64,000 bases of DNA from Trueperaceae bacterium (GCA_965213925.1 OZ243927.1:1856001-1920000); one strand, 5' to 3'. Counted from the stretch's first letter, positions 50,454 to 61,015 are shown. A program made the numbers and translations. Notes: generated by a model not told the origin, from the letters alone.

Positions 50454-51197
50454 ATGGGAAGCTTAGACAATAAGGTTGCAGTGATTACGGGAGCCTCGAG
50501 CGGTATCGGCGAGGCGACGGCGCGGGTTTTAGCGGGCGAAGGTGCCGCCGTCGTGCTCGCGGCGCGGCGCAAAGAGCGCTTGGAAGACCTCAAAAAGGAA
50601 ATCGAAGATAACGGCGGCAAGGCGCTCGTCGTCGAGACGGACGTGACCAAGCGCGAAGACACTCAGAACTTAGTCCAGAGTGCCAAAGACACCTTCGGCA
50701 GCGTGGACATCTTAGTCAACAACGCGGGCGTAATGCTGCTCTCTTTCGTCGAGAAGCTCAAGTTGGACGAGTGGGAGCAGATGGTGGACGTGAACGTCAA
50801 GGGGCTCATGTTCGCTACCGCCGCCGCGCTGCCGACCATGATGGAGCAGCAGAGCGGCCACATCGTCAACATCTCGTCCGTGGCGGGGCGCAAAGTGATG
50901 CAGTCGGGCGCGGTCTACTGCGCGACCAAGTTCGCCGTGACCGCCTTTTCCGAAGGGCTACGCCAGGAACTTGCGCCGAACAAAAATATCCGCGTGACCT
51001 CCATCGAGCCGGGCGCGGTCGCCACCGAGCTGACGAACCACATCACCGACGAGGACGCCATCGAGGGCATGAAAGGGATGATGGACATGACGATTTTGGA
51101 GGGCGAAGACATCGCCCAGTCCATCCTCTACGCGGTCTCGAGCCCGAGCCGCGTCAACATCAACGAAGTGCTGATTTTACCGACCGAGCAAGCGTAA
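50454..51197 (+). CDS. Short-chain dehydrogenase/reductase
   Basis: TGASSGIG, NNAG and YCATK motifs. Confidence 0.95.
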   Translation: MGSLDNKVAVITGASSGIGEATARVLAGEGAAVVLAARRKERLEDLKKEIEDNGGKALVVETDVTKREDTQNLVQSAKDTFGSVDILVNNAGVMLLSFVEKLKLDEWEQMVDVNVKGLMFATAAALPTMMEQQSGHIVNISSVAGRKVMQSGAVYCATKFAVTAFSEGLRQELAPNKNIRVTSIEPGAVATELTNHITDEDAIEGMKGMMDMTILEGEDIAQSILYAVSSPSRVNINEVLILPTEQA

Positions 51198-51248
51198 CGC
51201 GGCGTCAAGGGGTGCGCCGGAAACACGCGCCGAACGGTAGACTAAGCC

Positions 51249-52025
51249 ATGACGCGCCCCACGCTCACCTTTTTAGGCTCCGCCGACTCGCAGGGCGTCC
51301 CCCGGTGGTGGTGCACCTGCTCAGTCTGCGCGGAGGCGAAGACGACCGGGCAAAACGCCCGCACCCGCCCCTCCGCCGCGATTCGGGGAGACGAAACGGT
51401 TCTCCTCGACGCTTCACCCGAGTTGCGGCTCCAGTGCGCCCGCGAAGGCTTGACGGGCTTTGGCGCCGCGCTCATCACCCACGCGCACAATGACCATATT
51501 CTAGGGCTCGGCGACCTGGGCGATTGGGGGCGCTGGACAAAGCGGAGGTGCCCTGTCTACGCGCCCGAAGAGGTCTTGCCGCAGCTAGAGGCGAGATTTG
51601 GGTACATGACGAGCGGTCGCTACCCGGCGCATACGCCGTTTTTGGCGCTCGAGACCGCGCGAACCTTTGCGGGTTATGAGGTCCGCGCTTTCAAGGTGCC
51701 GCACGGCTACAACGGCTTTGCCTACGCTTTTCGCTTCTCGAGCGGAAACGCGCGTTGGGGCTACATGCCCGACTGTTTGGGGTTGCAAGACGTAGCGCCC
51801 TGGCGAGACTTGGACCTCTTGGTGCTCGGCGCGAGCTTTTACGAAGAGGACGCCCCGGTCGAAACGCGCAGCGTTTACGACGTGCGGGAAGCCGCCGAAC
51901 TCTTGCGAACCTTACAACCTAAGCGGACGATTCTGACGCATCTGGGCCACGGTATCGACATCAGAAAGCCTGCACCGGAAGGCGCGCGCTACGCCTTCGA
52001 CGGGCTCACGGTTGCGCTGCCATGA
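51249..52025 (+). CDS. PhnP-like MBL-fold metallohydrolase
   Basis: GVP..CTCSVC, THAHNDHILG, VPHG and THLGH motifs. Confidence 0.88.
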   Translation: MTRPTLTFLGSADSQGVPRWWCTCSVCAEAKTTGQNARTRPSAAIRGDETVLLDASPELRLQCAREGLTGFGAALITHAHNDHILGLGDLGDWGRWTKRRCPVYAPEEVLPQLEARFGYMTSGRYPAHTPFLALETARTFAGYEVRAFKVPHGYNGFAYAFRFSSGNARWGYMPDCLGLQDVAPWRDLDLLVLGASFYEEDAPVETRSVYDVREAAELLRTLQPKRTILTHLGHGIDIRKPAPEGARYAFDGLTVALP

Positions 52026-53035
52026 ATTTGCGCTTGGAGGGTCTCGAGAAGCGCTACGGCGAGATTGGGGCGGTCGACGGGGTCTCTTTGTCGCTCCAGC
52101 CGGGCGAGACGCTGGCGCTACTAGGTCCGTCAGGGTGTGGGAAAAGCACGCTGCTGCGGCTCATCGCCGGTTTGGAAGCGGCGGACGCGGGGCGCATTTT
52201 CTTGAACGGCGAAGAGGTCACGGCGCGCCCGCCGCAGAAGCGCGGTTTCGGCATGGTCTTTCAGGACTACGCCCTCTTTCCGCACCTCAACGTGGAGCGC
52301 AACATCGCGTACGGTCTGGTCGAGAAGGGGTGGACGAAGCAGGAGCAGCGCGCGCGCGTAGCGGAGCTTTTGAACCTCGTCGGTTTGGAAGGGCTAGAGC
52401 GCCGCCGCGTGGCGGAGCTTTCGGGCGGGCAGCAGCAGCGCGTAGCGTTGGCGCGGGCGCTCGCGCCTAAACCTTCGCTCTTGCTGTTAGATGAACCCCT
52501 CTCCAACCTCGACTTAGCGCTGCGCGAAGACCTCAAAGGGCAACTGAAAGACCTCTTGAGCGACCTTGAACTGAGCGCCCTCTACGTCACCCACGACCAA
52601 GAGGAAGCCTTCACCTTGGCGGAGCACGTCGCGGTGATGCGCTCGGGGCGGATTTTGCAAGTCGACGACGCCGAAACGCTCTACGCGCAGCCCAAGACCG
52701 CCTGGATTGCGCAGTTTCTAGGACATACGAACGTCTACGAGGCGCTCGCCCACGAAGGGCTCAGGACGCTGACGAGCACCTCTTTAGAGAAACCCTATCT
52801 CCTCATCCGCAGCGATTTGGTCTGTTTGGGCTCGGGTGAAATGAGCGCAGAACTGCTCAGCTACACACGAACTGGCGCGCTGCACCGCCTCGAGCTTGAC
52901 CTCCACCCCTTCGGCTTGCGCTTCGTCTGGACGGGCTTCTCGAGGGAAGTTCCGGGCGGACTAGCGCCCGGAAGGACCCTCCAGCTTCACATCCCTGAAC
53001 ACGCCGTGGTCGGTCTAAACGGAGATAGGCAGTGA
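52022..53035 (+). CDS. ABC transporter ATP-binding protein (ThiQ/FbpC/PotA-like)
   Basis: GPSGCGKS, LSGGQ, LLLDEP and VTHD motifs. Confidence 0.95.
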   Translation: MNLRLEGLEKRYGEIGAVDGVSLSLQPGETLALLGPSGCGKSTLLRLIAGLEAADAGRIFLNGEEVTARPPQKRGFGMVFQDYALFPHLNVERNIAYGLVEKGWTKQEQRARVAELLNLVGLEGLERRRVAELSGGQQQRVALARALAPKPSLLLLDEPLSNLDLALREDLKGQLKDLLSDLELSALYVTHDQEEAFTLAEHVAVMRSGRILQVDDAETLYAQPKTAWIAQFLGHTNVYEALAHEGLRTLTSTSLEKPYLLIRSDLVCLGSGEMSAELLSYTRTGALHRLELDLHPFGLRFVWTGFSREVPGGLAPGRTLQLHIPEHAVVGLNGDRQ

Positions 53036-53676
53036 AAGCGGTTATCTTAGCGGGCGGCGATATAGCCGTAACGGATGCCCTCAAAAACACGTGCCGAGAT
53101 GCAGAACTCGTCGTTGCAGCAGATTCGGGGCTGCGTCACGCGGCGGCACTAGGCGTCTCACCGGACATTATCGTCGGCGACTTCGACTCGGTGACGCGGG
53201 AGGTTTTGGCGGACTATCCCGAGGTGGAGAGGCTCGAGCACCCTGCCGAAAAAGACCTGCTCGACTTGGAACTCGCGCTCGACTACGCCAAGGAGAAGGG
53301 CGCGGCGCATTACCTCATCGTCGGCGGGCTCGGCGACCGCTTCGACCAGTCGCTCGCGGCTGTGTTTATCGCCGCAAGGTGGAAGCGGGCGGGCTACGGC
53401 GTGTCGCTTCAGTCGGGCGACCGCGCCCTCTACCCCTTGGCGGGAGAGGACGAGGTGAAGCTCGAGCTTCCTCCCGGGCAGCACTTTAGTCTGCTCAGCT
53501 TAGCCGAGACTTCGGCGGTGAGCTTGGAGGGCGCGAAGTACCCGCTCGAGAGGTACGCGCTCCCTTTCGGCGTCGGGCGGGGCGTCTCGAATGAGGTAGC
53601 GGGGGTTCCTTTGAAGGTTGAACTGCATGGTGGCCTGGCGCTGCTAATTGTGGAGAAGTTGAAAGCAACGAGTTGA
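53032..53676 (+). CDS. thiN: Thiamine diphosphokinase
   Basis: AADSG, GDFDS, EKD..DLELA, GDRFDQ and GVSNE motifs. Confidence 0.93.
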   Translation: MKAVILAGGDIAVTDALKNTCRDAELVVAADSGLRHAAALGVSPDIIVGDFDSVTREVLADYPEVERLEHPAEKDLLDLELALDYAKEKGAAHYLIVGGLGDRFDQSLAAVFIAARWKRAGYGVSLQSGDRALYPLAGEDEVKLELPPGQHFSLLSLAETSAVSLEGAKYPLERYALPFGVGRGVSNEVAGVPLKVELHGGLALLIVEKLKATS

Positions 53677-53716
53677 AAGCAATGAGTGAAAATCTTTGGA
53701 CTCATTGCTCATTGCT
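53661..53716. repeat. Family A minimal copy 3 (overlaps the thiN stop)
   Basis: GCAATGAGTGAAAATCTTTGGACTCATTGCTCATTGC. Confidence 0.8.
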
Positions 53717-53966
53717 CTGTTAAGTAAATTCTGCGATGTTGTTGTCACCCTGTTCACGAAGTAGAGCGAAACTTCGGCGAAGGCGTAAGGGTCTCGTTTG
53801 GCTACTGCCAAAACTCTGTAACTCGCAATCTCGGCTGGTTGGGAATGGAAGGCGAGATTCTTTCATCGTTCATCCCCGAAAGGGGGCTCCGCTATCGCTC
53901 TCCTTCGGAGGTACTGACGTGAACCGTTCAGAATGACATGTTTCATCTTTTGGCTAACAGTGTACT
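53715..53966 (+). repeat. REP/MITE-like element, family B copy 4
   Basis: CTCTGTTAAGTAAATTCTGCGA start shared with copy 2; ends TAACAGTGTACT. Confidence 0.88.
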
Positions 53967-53976
53967 TATGGCTGCC

Positions 53977-54961
53977 TTACCACCGCTGATGCACCTGGTC
54001 ATAAGCGTAGCGTTCGTAGACCTCGCGCGCGCGCTTCATCACCTCGTCCGAGAGGGGTTCGAGTTCGGACGCCCGCGCGTTGTCTTGGGCCTGCTCGGGC
54101 TTTTTCGCGCCCGGTATCGACGCAGCTTACCTCGCCGAACATCAGAATCCAGCGGAGCGCGAACTGGGGCATGGTGGCGTTTTCGGGGATGAGGTCGCGC
54201 AATTCGTCCACCGCTCGTAGACCCGTCTCGAAGTCCAGCCCGGCGAAGGTCTCGCCCCTGTCGAAGGCTGACCCGTCGCGGTTGAAGAGGCGATGGTCGC
54301 CCTCTTCGAAGCTCGTTTGCTCGCTCATCTTCCCGGTCAAGAGCCCGCTCGCGAGGGGCACGCGCACCAAGATGCCGACGTCTTTGCGCTTCGCCTCCCT
54401 GAAAAATAGCTCGCTCGGGCGCTGCCGCAAGAGGTTGAAGATGATTTGAACAGAGGACAAGCCGGGGTACTCGAGCGCCTTGAGTCCCTCCTCGACCTTC
54501 TCCACCGACACGCCGTAGTGCTTAATCTTGCCCTCGCGCTTCATGTCCTCTAAAACTTCGAAGACTTCCGGCTGGTAAAAGACGTTTGTAGGTGGGCAGT
54601 GAAGCTGAACGAGGTCGAGGGCGTCGGTGTCTAGGTTCTTCAGGCTTCTGTCCACGAAAGCGTTCAGGTTCTCGCGGTTATAGCCTTCGGCGGTGTGCGG
54701 GTCGAGGCGACGCCCCGCCTTGGTCGGGATGTAGAGCGTCTCGGAGCGCTCTTTACGGAGCTTGGCAAGGAGCCGTTCGCTGCGTCCGTCGCCGTAGACG
54801 TCCGCCGTGTCGAAGAGGTTGATGCCTTCGTCCACCGCCTTGTGTAGCGCCTTCATTGAATCCTCGTCGCTGACCTCGCCCCACGAGCCGCCAATCGCCC
54901 ACGAGCCGAAACTCACCTCAGAGACTTGCCACCCTGTTTTGCCCAACGTCCGGTAGTTCAT
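53977..54961 (-). pseudogene. Aldo/keto reductase with a 1-bp frameshift near 54119
   Basis: FDTADVYG, LVQLH and VPLASG motifs; removing one base restores VSCVIPGAKK...VHQRW*. Confidence 0.85.
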
Positions 54962-54992
54962 CGTTCCCTCCACACCTTTTGTTTTTATTTTC

Positions 54993-55255
54993 AGTACACC
55001 GCAAACTAAGTATTGATACTTCTCACTGATGTCACCCTGTTCACGAAGTAGAGCGAAGCTTCGGCGAAGGCGTAAGGGTCTCGTTTGGCTATGCCAAAAC
55101 TTTGTAACTCGCAATCTCTGTAAGAGGAGTCAGTAAGGTCAGAGATTCTTACACGGAGTCTATCCTATGGTTTACCGTAGGGCGGAGTCTATCCTACGCT
55201 CGCCGTAGGGCTCCGTTCAGAATGACATCACTCGTTTTTTGATTAACAGTGTATT
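54993..55255 (+). repeat. REP/MITE-like element, family B copy 5
   Basis: Near-identical segment to copy 4; tandem CGGAGTCTATCCTA..CGTAGGG sub-modules. Confidence 0.88.
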
Positions 55256-55551
55256 CAGACCGTTCGGCGTGCAGCTTACCGCGTTTTGGCAAAGCTATTT
55301 TGTGGGATAGTCCGAGGTAATGCGAAATCTCTTACTTTTAAGCCGCCGCGCTACTACGAAGCTCACGCTACCCGACATAGCGTAGAGGCAAACCTAGCGT
55401 ACACTTGGGGATGATGTTCAACATAGTGAAGCGAATTGTCTCGAGGGGTGACGTGCCACATCGTGTTCAAGCCAACTGACGTATACCTAGACGCCATCAA
55501 CTTTGCTCATGTCGCCCCTAGTAGCACCTCTATGACGCGGTGTTCGCTCCG

Positions 55552-56523
55552 ATGACGCCTTCCGTCGTCATCCGCGGCACGGGCGCTTACGTTCCCGAGA
55601 CGCGCCTCACGAACGCTGACTTAGAGCGCATGGTCGACACCTCCGACGAGTGGATCGTAGCGCGCACGGGCATCTCCGAGCGGCGCATCGCCGACCGTGA
55701 CGAGGCGACCTCGCACATGGCGCAGCGCGCGGCGTGCGCGGCGCTGCAAGACGCGGGCGTGAACGCCGCCGACATCGACCTCATCGTGGTCGGCACCTCC
55801 ACGCCGGACCATCACTTCCCCTCGGTCGCCTGCAAGCTCCAGGCGAGCATCGGCTGCACGAACGCGGCCGCGTTCGACGTGAACGCGGCGTGCGCGGGCT
55901 TCATCTCGGCGCTGCAGGTCGCCGAGCAGTTTATCCGGGCGGGCAGCGCCGAGCACGTGCTGGTGGTCGGCGCGGACTGCATGTCGCGCATTTTAGACTA
56001 CACGGACCGCGCCACGAGCATTCTGTTCGGCGACGGGGCGGGCGCGTTCGTCCTCTCCAAAGGCGAAAAGGGCGAGGGCGGCATCCTCAGCTCCGCGACC
56101 TACGCCGACGGCACCTACTACGACAAGCTCTACGTCTGCGGCGGCGGCTGCACCACAGACGGGCAAGAGGACCGCGCCAAAATCCTCATGAACGGCAGAG
56201 CTATTTTCCAACTCGCGGTGCGGGCGATGGTGAGCGCCACCGAAGAGGTGCTCGCCAAAGCGGGCGTGTCGGTCGGCGAGGTCGACTGGGTCGTGCCGCA
56301 TCAAGCGAACCAGCGCATCACGGACGCGGTAGCGAAAGGGCTCTGCGTGTCGCTCGAGAAGGTCATCAGCACCATCAAAGACTTCGGCAACAACTCCGCG
56401 GCGACCGTGCCCTTAGCGATGGACATCGCTATCAAAGACGGACGCATCCAGCGCGGCGATAAGGTGATTTTAACGGCGTTCGGCGGCGGGTTGTCGTGGG
56501 GGTCGGTGCTGCTTAGTTACTAA
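55552..56523 (+). CDS. fabH: Beta-ketoacyl-ACP synthase III
   Basis: DTSDEWI, AACAG, LFGDGAGA, PHQAN, GNNSAA and FGGGLSWG motifs. Confidence 0.95.
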   Translation: MTPSVVIRGTGAYVPETRLTNADLERMVDTSDEWIVARTGISERRIADRDEATSHMAQRAACAALQDAGVNAADIDLIVVGTSTPDHHFPSVACKLQASIGCTNAAAFDVNAACAGFISALQVAEQFIRAGSAEHVLVVGADCMSRILDYTDRATSILFGDGAGAFVLSKGEKGEGGILSSATYADGTYYDKLYVCGGGCTTDGQEDRAKILMNGRAIFQLAVRAMVSATEEVLAKAGVSVGEVDWVVPHQANQRITDAVAKGLCVSLEKVISTIKDFGNNSAATVPLAMDIAIKDGRIQRGDKVILTAFGGGLSWGSVLLSY

Positions 56524-56529
56524 GAAGAG

Positions 56530-56611
56530 AGCAATGAGCAACCCAGTCAAGCTGGGCGAACGGCGAGCAATGAGCAATGAGTGAAAAGCTTTAGACTCAT
56601 TGCTCATTGCT
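56530..56611. repeat. Family A copy 4
   Basis: GCAATGAG heptamer repeats enclosing CCAGTCAAGCTGG; CTCATTGCTCATTGC end. Confidence 0.85.
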
Positions 56612-56614
56612 TCT

Positions 56615-56938
56615 TTACAGAACCGCCTGCAACGTCCACAACGCCACCATGCCCGCTACAATCGTCCAGATGACGCTCTTGGTGTAAAACGCTACGGCGA
56701 GCGCAAAAAGTCCCGCCAACAGTTTTTCATTGGTGAGCGCAAGCTCCAAGTCACCCTCGCGGAAGACGAGCGCGGGTACGACGATGGCGGAGAGCACCGC
56801 CGCTGGCACGAAGCGGAGCGCCCGCTGAATGAGGGGCGGCATCTCGAGGCGTCCCGCTAAGGCGATGAACGACACGCGGAGCGCAAAGGTGACGAGACCC
56901 ATTAAGAGAATCGTCAGCCAGAGCGCCGAAGTGCTCAC
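56615..56938 (-). CDS. azlD: AzlD branched-chain amino acid exporter subunit
   Basis: LRFVPAAVLSAIVVP motif; overlaps azlC. Confidence 0.88.
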   Translation of the reverse strand: MSTSALWLTILLMGLVTFALRVSFIALAGRLEMPPLIQRALRFVPAAVLSAIVVPALVFREGDLELALTNEKLLAGLFALAVAFYTKSVIWTIVAGMVALWTLQAVL

Positions 56939-57633
56939 GAACGCTCCGTCTTTGCGCCCACCGTCTCGACCAGCACGCCGACCCCAATGCCCGTAAGCGC
57001 CGCGACGATGAGCGCCAGGTTGAAGGGCAAGGGGTCGGCGGCGACGACCGTGACGCCCGCCATGAGCGCCGCCGCTGCTGAGGCGCGGTCGGTGACGGCG
57101 GGGATGATGAGCACCATGAAGATAAGCGGAATCGCGAACTCCAAAGACCAGCCCTCGGGGACCTGTGCGCCGACGAATACGCCGACCATCGTAGAGACCA
57201 TCCAGACCGCCCAGATAGGCGCGGCGATACCGAGGTAGAAGAGGTTTTTGTGCGACATCTCGGGCTCGTCTGAGAAGCGGTTGAGCGCGAAGGCGTACGC
57301 CTGGTCGGTCATGAGGTACGCCATCAGACCTTTCCAGGGTGCTGAAAAGCGCTTTAAGTAGGGTGCGATCGAAGCGCTGTACATCACGAAGCGCAGGTTG
57401 ATAAAAAAGGTCGTCATCAGGATGACTAAAATGGGCGAGCCCGACGCGATAAGCTGCAGCCCGGCGAGCTGCGACGCGCCCGCGAAGACGATGGCGGATA
57501 GGAGCACGGCGGGCAGCTCGGGCAAGCCGACGCTGACCGCACTCACGCCCGCGACCAGCCCGAAAGGGACGACGCCCAGCATCACAGGTAGACCTGTTTG
57601 GACGCCGGAGAGAAAGGTGGCTGAAGGGGACAC
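56935..57633 (-). CDS. azlC: AzlC branched-chain amino acid exporter permease
   Basis: FAGASQ, INLRFVMYS and MTDQAYA motifs. Confidence 0.92.
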   Translation of the reverse strand: MSPSATFLSGVQTGLPVMLGVVPFGLVAGVSAVSVGLPELPAVLLSAIVFAGASQLAGLQLIASGSPILVILMTTFFINLRFVMYSASIAPYLKRFSAPWKGLMAYLMTDQAYAFALNRFSDEPEMSHKNLFYLGIAAPIWAVWMVSTMVGVFVGAQVPEGWSLEFAIPLIFMVLIIPAVTDRASAAAALMAGVTVVAADPLPFNLALIVAALTGIGVGVLVETVGAKTERS

Positions 57634-57734
57634 GGGCTCACTCTACGTCACCTAGAAGTAGCTCGAGCCCCTTTCAGATGCAAAAGAGGGTAAAAGAAGA
57701 CGGCGCTGCCCAACCGTCGCCGTCAACGTAAACG

Positions 57735-59213
57735 TTAAACCTCCGGCTTGAGGAGCGGAAAGAGGATCACGTCGCGGATGCTCGGTACGTCCGCCAAGAG
57801 GATCGCCAGGCGGTCGAGCCCTAGCCCCAAGCCGCCCGTGGGCGGCATCCCGTACTCGAGCGCCGCCAGAAAGTCCTCGTCCAAGGGTTGCGCCTCGTCG
57901 TCGCCCGCGTCGCGCAAAGCCTGCTGCGCCTCGAAGCGTCGCCGCTGGTCTAAGGGGTCGTTCAGTTCCGAAAAGGCGTTGCCGAGTTCCATGCCCACAC
58001 AGACCGGCTCGAAGCGTTCGACTAAGCCGGGTCTCTCCCGGTGCTTTTTCGCCAGTGGGCTGATCGCTAAAGGATGGTCCATGACAAAGGTCGGCTGCTC
58101 TAAGTGCGGCTCTACGTAGATGTCGTAGAGCTTGTTGTAAATCTGATTGATGGGCTGCTCAGCTAATGGCTCACTATCGCCTTGCGGTGCGTGATGCTCG
58201 CGCACCCATGCGCGCAGTTTCTCCTCATCTAAAGGGTTGACGTCCATGTTCGCCCTCGCCTTGAGTTCGCCTGTGTAATCGACTCGAGCCCAAGGCGTGC
58301 TAAAGTCCAACTCGGTCCCCTGATAGGTGAGCGTGGTCGAGCCCGTCAGTTCTTTTACCAGTGTGCTGTACATCGTCTCGACCAGGTCCAGAATGTCCAG
58401 GTAGTCTTTGCCCGCCCAGTAAAGCTCCAGCATCGTGTATTCCGGGTTGTGCTTGGGGCTCATCCCCTCGTTGCGGAAGTTGCGCCCGATCTCGTAAACC
58501 GCCTCGAAGCCGCCGACGATAAGGCGCTTGAGGTACAGCTCCAAGGAGATGCGCAGGTGAAAGTCGTGATCTAGTGCATTGTGATGCGTTTCGAACGGCC
58601 GCGCCTCTGCGCCCCCAGGAATGCTCTGCAGGACAGGCGTCTCGACCTCCAAAAAGCCCAAGTCGTCCAGGTAGCGGCGGATGTAGGCAATCGCGCGTGA
58701 GCGTAGCACAAACGCCCGCCTGACCTCCGGATTGACCATGAGGTCGAGGTGGCGCTGGCGGTAGCGCTGCTCTTTATCTGCCAGTCCGTGATACTTGTCG
58801 GGCAGCGGGCGCAGTGACTTGACGAGGGGACGAAAATCTGTCGCTTTGACCGTCAGCTCGCCTGTTTTCGTGACAAAGAGGGAGCCTGTGACCTCGAGCC
58901 AATCCCCCAAGTCGATCTTTTTAAGCGCGTTGTAGCGCTCTAGCGCGTCCTTTTGGAAGTACGCCTGAATCTGCCCCGACGCATCTTGCAAGGTTATAAA
59001 CGATGCCTTGCCCATCATCCGCACGGTCATCGCCCGTCCCGCAATAGTCACGACCTCTTCAAAGGCGTCACCCGGCTCTGCGCCTCCATGTTTGGCTTGT
59101 AAGTCCGCCGCGCGGTGCGTCGCCTGGTAACTATACGGATACGGCTCGAAGCCGCGCTCCTCCAGTGATTCTAAATTTCTAAGCCGCTGTTCGCGTTGTT
59201 CGTTGAGTGACAT
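57735..59213 (-). CDS. lysS: Lysine-tRNA ligase (class II)
   Basis: LRPLPDK, EVETP, FRNEG..HNPE and YGMPPTGGLG motifs. Confidence 0.98.
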   Translation of the reverse strand: MSLNEQREQRLRNLESLEERGFEPYPYSYQATHRAADLQAKHGGAEPGDAFEEVVTIAGRAMTVRMMGKASFITLQDASGQIQAYFQKDALERYNALKKIDLGDWLEVTGSLFVTKTGELTVKATDFRPLVKSLRPLPDKYHGLADKEQRYRQRHLDLMVNPEVRRAFVLRSRAIAYIRRYLDDLGFLEVETPVLQSIPGGAEARPFETHHNALDHDFHLRISLELYLKRLIVGGFEAVYEIGRNFRNEGMSPKHNPEYTMLELYWAGKDYLDILDLVETMYSTLVKELTGSTTLTYQGTELDFSTPWARVDYTGELKARANMDVNPLDEEKLRAWVREHHAPQGDSEPLAEQPINQIYNKLYDIYVEPHLEQPTFVMDHPLAISPLAKKHRERPGLVERFEPVCVGMELGNAFSELNDPLDQRRRFEAQQALRDAGDDEAQPLDEDFLAALEYGMPPTGGLGLGLDRLAILLADVPSIRDVILFPLLKPEV

Positions 59214-59350
59214 AAATGAAATCCTAAAGTAGAGAGTCGGAGAGTCAACGTCCGTTTGTATTAGATTACCTCTCACGCGCTGCGGCGAACGTAGGGTCAG
59301 TTTGTTTAGAGGGCGTTGGTAAGCGAGCGGTAGTTCCCTCGTTAGGAGTC

Positions 59351-59525
59351 AATACATCGTCAACTAAATTCTGCAATACTGTTGTCACCCCGAGCCCAGT
59401 CGAGGGGTCTCGCCTTGCATTCTCTGTCAGACAAGAAGGCAAATGCAGAGATTCTTTCGCGGAGTCTATCCTATACTCGCGTAGGGCTCAGAACGACATC
59501 ACTCATTCTTTAGTTGACAGTTCAG
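59351..59525 (+). repeat. REP/MITE-like element, family B copy 6
   Basis: GTCAACTAAA...TTTAGTTGAC outer IR; TGTCACCCCGAG...CTCAGAACGACA core. Confidence 0.85.
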
Positions 59526-59634
59526 TCGTGTTTTTACGTTGACTGCTGAATTCTAACGATTGGCTACTCAACCTCTCTGATACCGGACCAGCTTCGCTAC
59601 CCCTTTATAATTTACTACCAAAGGAGTTTTTACC

Positions 59635-60111
59635 ATGAGCAAAAAACCTATCTACCTCACCCCGCAAGGTCATCAGAAGATCAAAGACGAACTCAAGTAC
59701 CTCGTCGAGGTGCGCCGCCAGCAAATTTCTGAGAACATGGGGCAAGCCATCGCCGACGGCGACCTTCGTGAAAGTGCCGCCTACGACGAAGCCCGCATGG
59801 AGCAGAGCGCCAACGAAGCGAGAATCGCCGACCTAGAAGAGATCATCCACCGCGCCGTCGTCGTCGAGCATCAAGAGGGCGACGTCGCTATCGCCCGCTT
59901 AGGCGCGAGCCTCATCCTGGAGGACACCTCGGGCGAGCAGAACACCTTTCACTTGGTCGGCACGCACGAAGCGGACATTTTGGATAACCGCATCTCGGAC
60001 GAGTCGCCCCTGGGCTCGAAGCTGATGGGCAAGCAAGCAGGCGATAAGGTCAAGGTTCCCCTCGGTAGCCGTACGGCGGAATATACCGTGGTGGACGTGC
60101 GCTTCGAGTAG
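59635..60111 (+). CDS. greA: Transcription elongation factor GreA
   Basis: GDLRESAAYDEA and ISDESPLG motifs; AAGGAG SD. Confidence 0.95.
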   Translation: MSKKPIYLTPQGHQKIKDELKYLVEVRRQQISENMGQAIADGDLRESAAYDEARMEQSANEARIADLEEIIHRAVVVEHQEGDVAIARLGASLILEDTSGEQNTFHLVGTHEADILDNRISDESPLGSKLMGKQAGDKVKVPLGSRTAEYTVVDVRFE

Positions 60112-60145
60112 AAGAGGTTGGATTCCTCGAGTAGCGCGAAGCCCA

Positions 60146-60186
60146 AAGAGAGTCCTTGCATGATTCGACGCGAGGGCTCTCTTTTT
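60146..60186 (+). terminator. Intrinsic terminator after greA
   Basis: AGAGAGTCCT/AGGGCTCTCT stem with T-tail. Confidence 0.7.
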
Positions 60187-60232
60187 GTTGTGCACCATTT
60201 TGTTGTGTCCCATCCTGTACACTAAATGCCTC

Positions 60233-61015
60233 ATGGAAAAAGACGCCTACATCAGAGCCAACCGCGCTATGTGGGACCAGACCGCCGAAGTCTATGAGGC
60301 GGAGGGGTTTGCTGCGCTGCTTGAAGCGGTACGTCGGAGCGACTTTTCAACCTTTGACGAGGTGGAACGGCGCGTCTTCGCAGACATCAACCTCACGGGC
60401 AAAAACGTCATTCAGTTAGGCTGCAATAACGGACGCGAACTTATCAGCGTGAAAAAGGCGGGGGCGGCGCGATGTATAGGCGTGGACGTGTCGGAGAGGA
60501 TACTGAGCCAGGCGCAGCGACTTGCCGAGGCGAGCGGGCAAGAGGTCGAGTTTGTCCGCAGCAGCCTCTACGACCTCGGTGACACGTTTGATAATGCCTT
60601 TGACGTTGTTTACGTGACCATCGGTGTGCTCGGCTGGTTGCCTGACCTGCCTAGTTTTTTCGAGGTTGTAGACACGCTGTTGCGCCGTGATGGACACTTT
60701 TTTCTCTACGACCAACATCCGATCTTGGGCATGTTCGACCCGGCGCACAAACTCGTGATTGACAGCTCGTACTTTCGCCAAGAACCGTTTGTCGAAGAGG
60801 TCTTACCCGACTATATGGACCCGTCACAGACGGGACGCGCTACGTCCTACTGGTTTCAGCACACGCTCTCGAGCATCCTCAGCCTCTGCCTCCACGGGCT
60901 CGACCTCACACATTTTGAAGAACACGAGCACGACCTCTCGGGGACATACAGGGTGTTTCAAGACCTCGAGCATAAACCGCCACTGAGTTTTTTACTCGTT
61001 GCCAAGAAGAGGTAG
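60233..61015 (+). CDS. Class I SAM-dependent methyltransferase
   Basis: QLGCNNG motif I, GVDVS and FDVVY motifs. Confidence 0.88.
   Translation: MEKDAYIRANRAMWDQTAEVYEAEGFAALLEAVRRSDFSTFDEVERRVFADINLTGKNVIQLGCNNGRELISVKKAGAARCIGVDVSERILSQAQRLAEASGQEVEFVRSSLYDLGDTFDNAFDVVYVTIGVLGWLPDLPSFFEVVDTLLRRDGHFFLYDQHPILGMFDPAHKLVIDSSYFRQEPFVEEVLPDYMDPSQTGRATSYWFQHTLSSILSLCLHGLDLTHFEEHEHDLSGTYRVFQDLEHKPPLSFLLVAKKR

Noticed and set aside
54962..55114. N-terminal extension of the aldo/keto reductase ORF
   Set aside because: Derives from family B copy 5; GGAGGG SD supports ATG 54961
55380..55420. GGCAAACC upstream of fabH as a c-di-GMP-I riboswitch
   Set aside because: The rest of the two-hairpin consensus is not present
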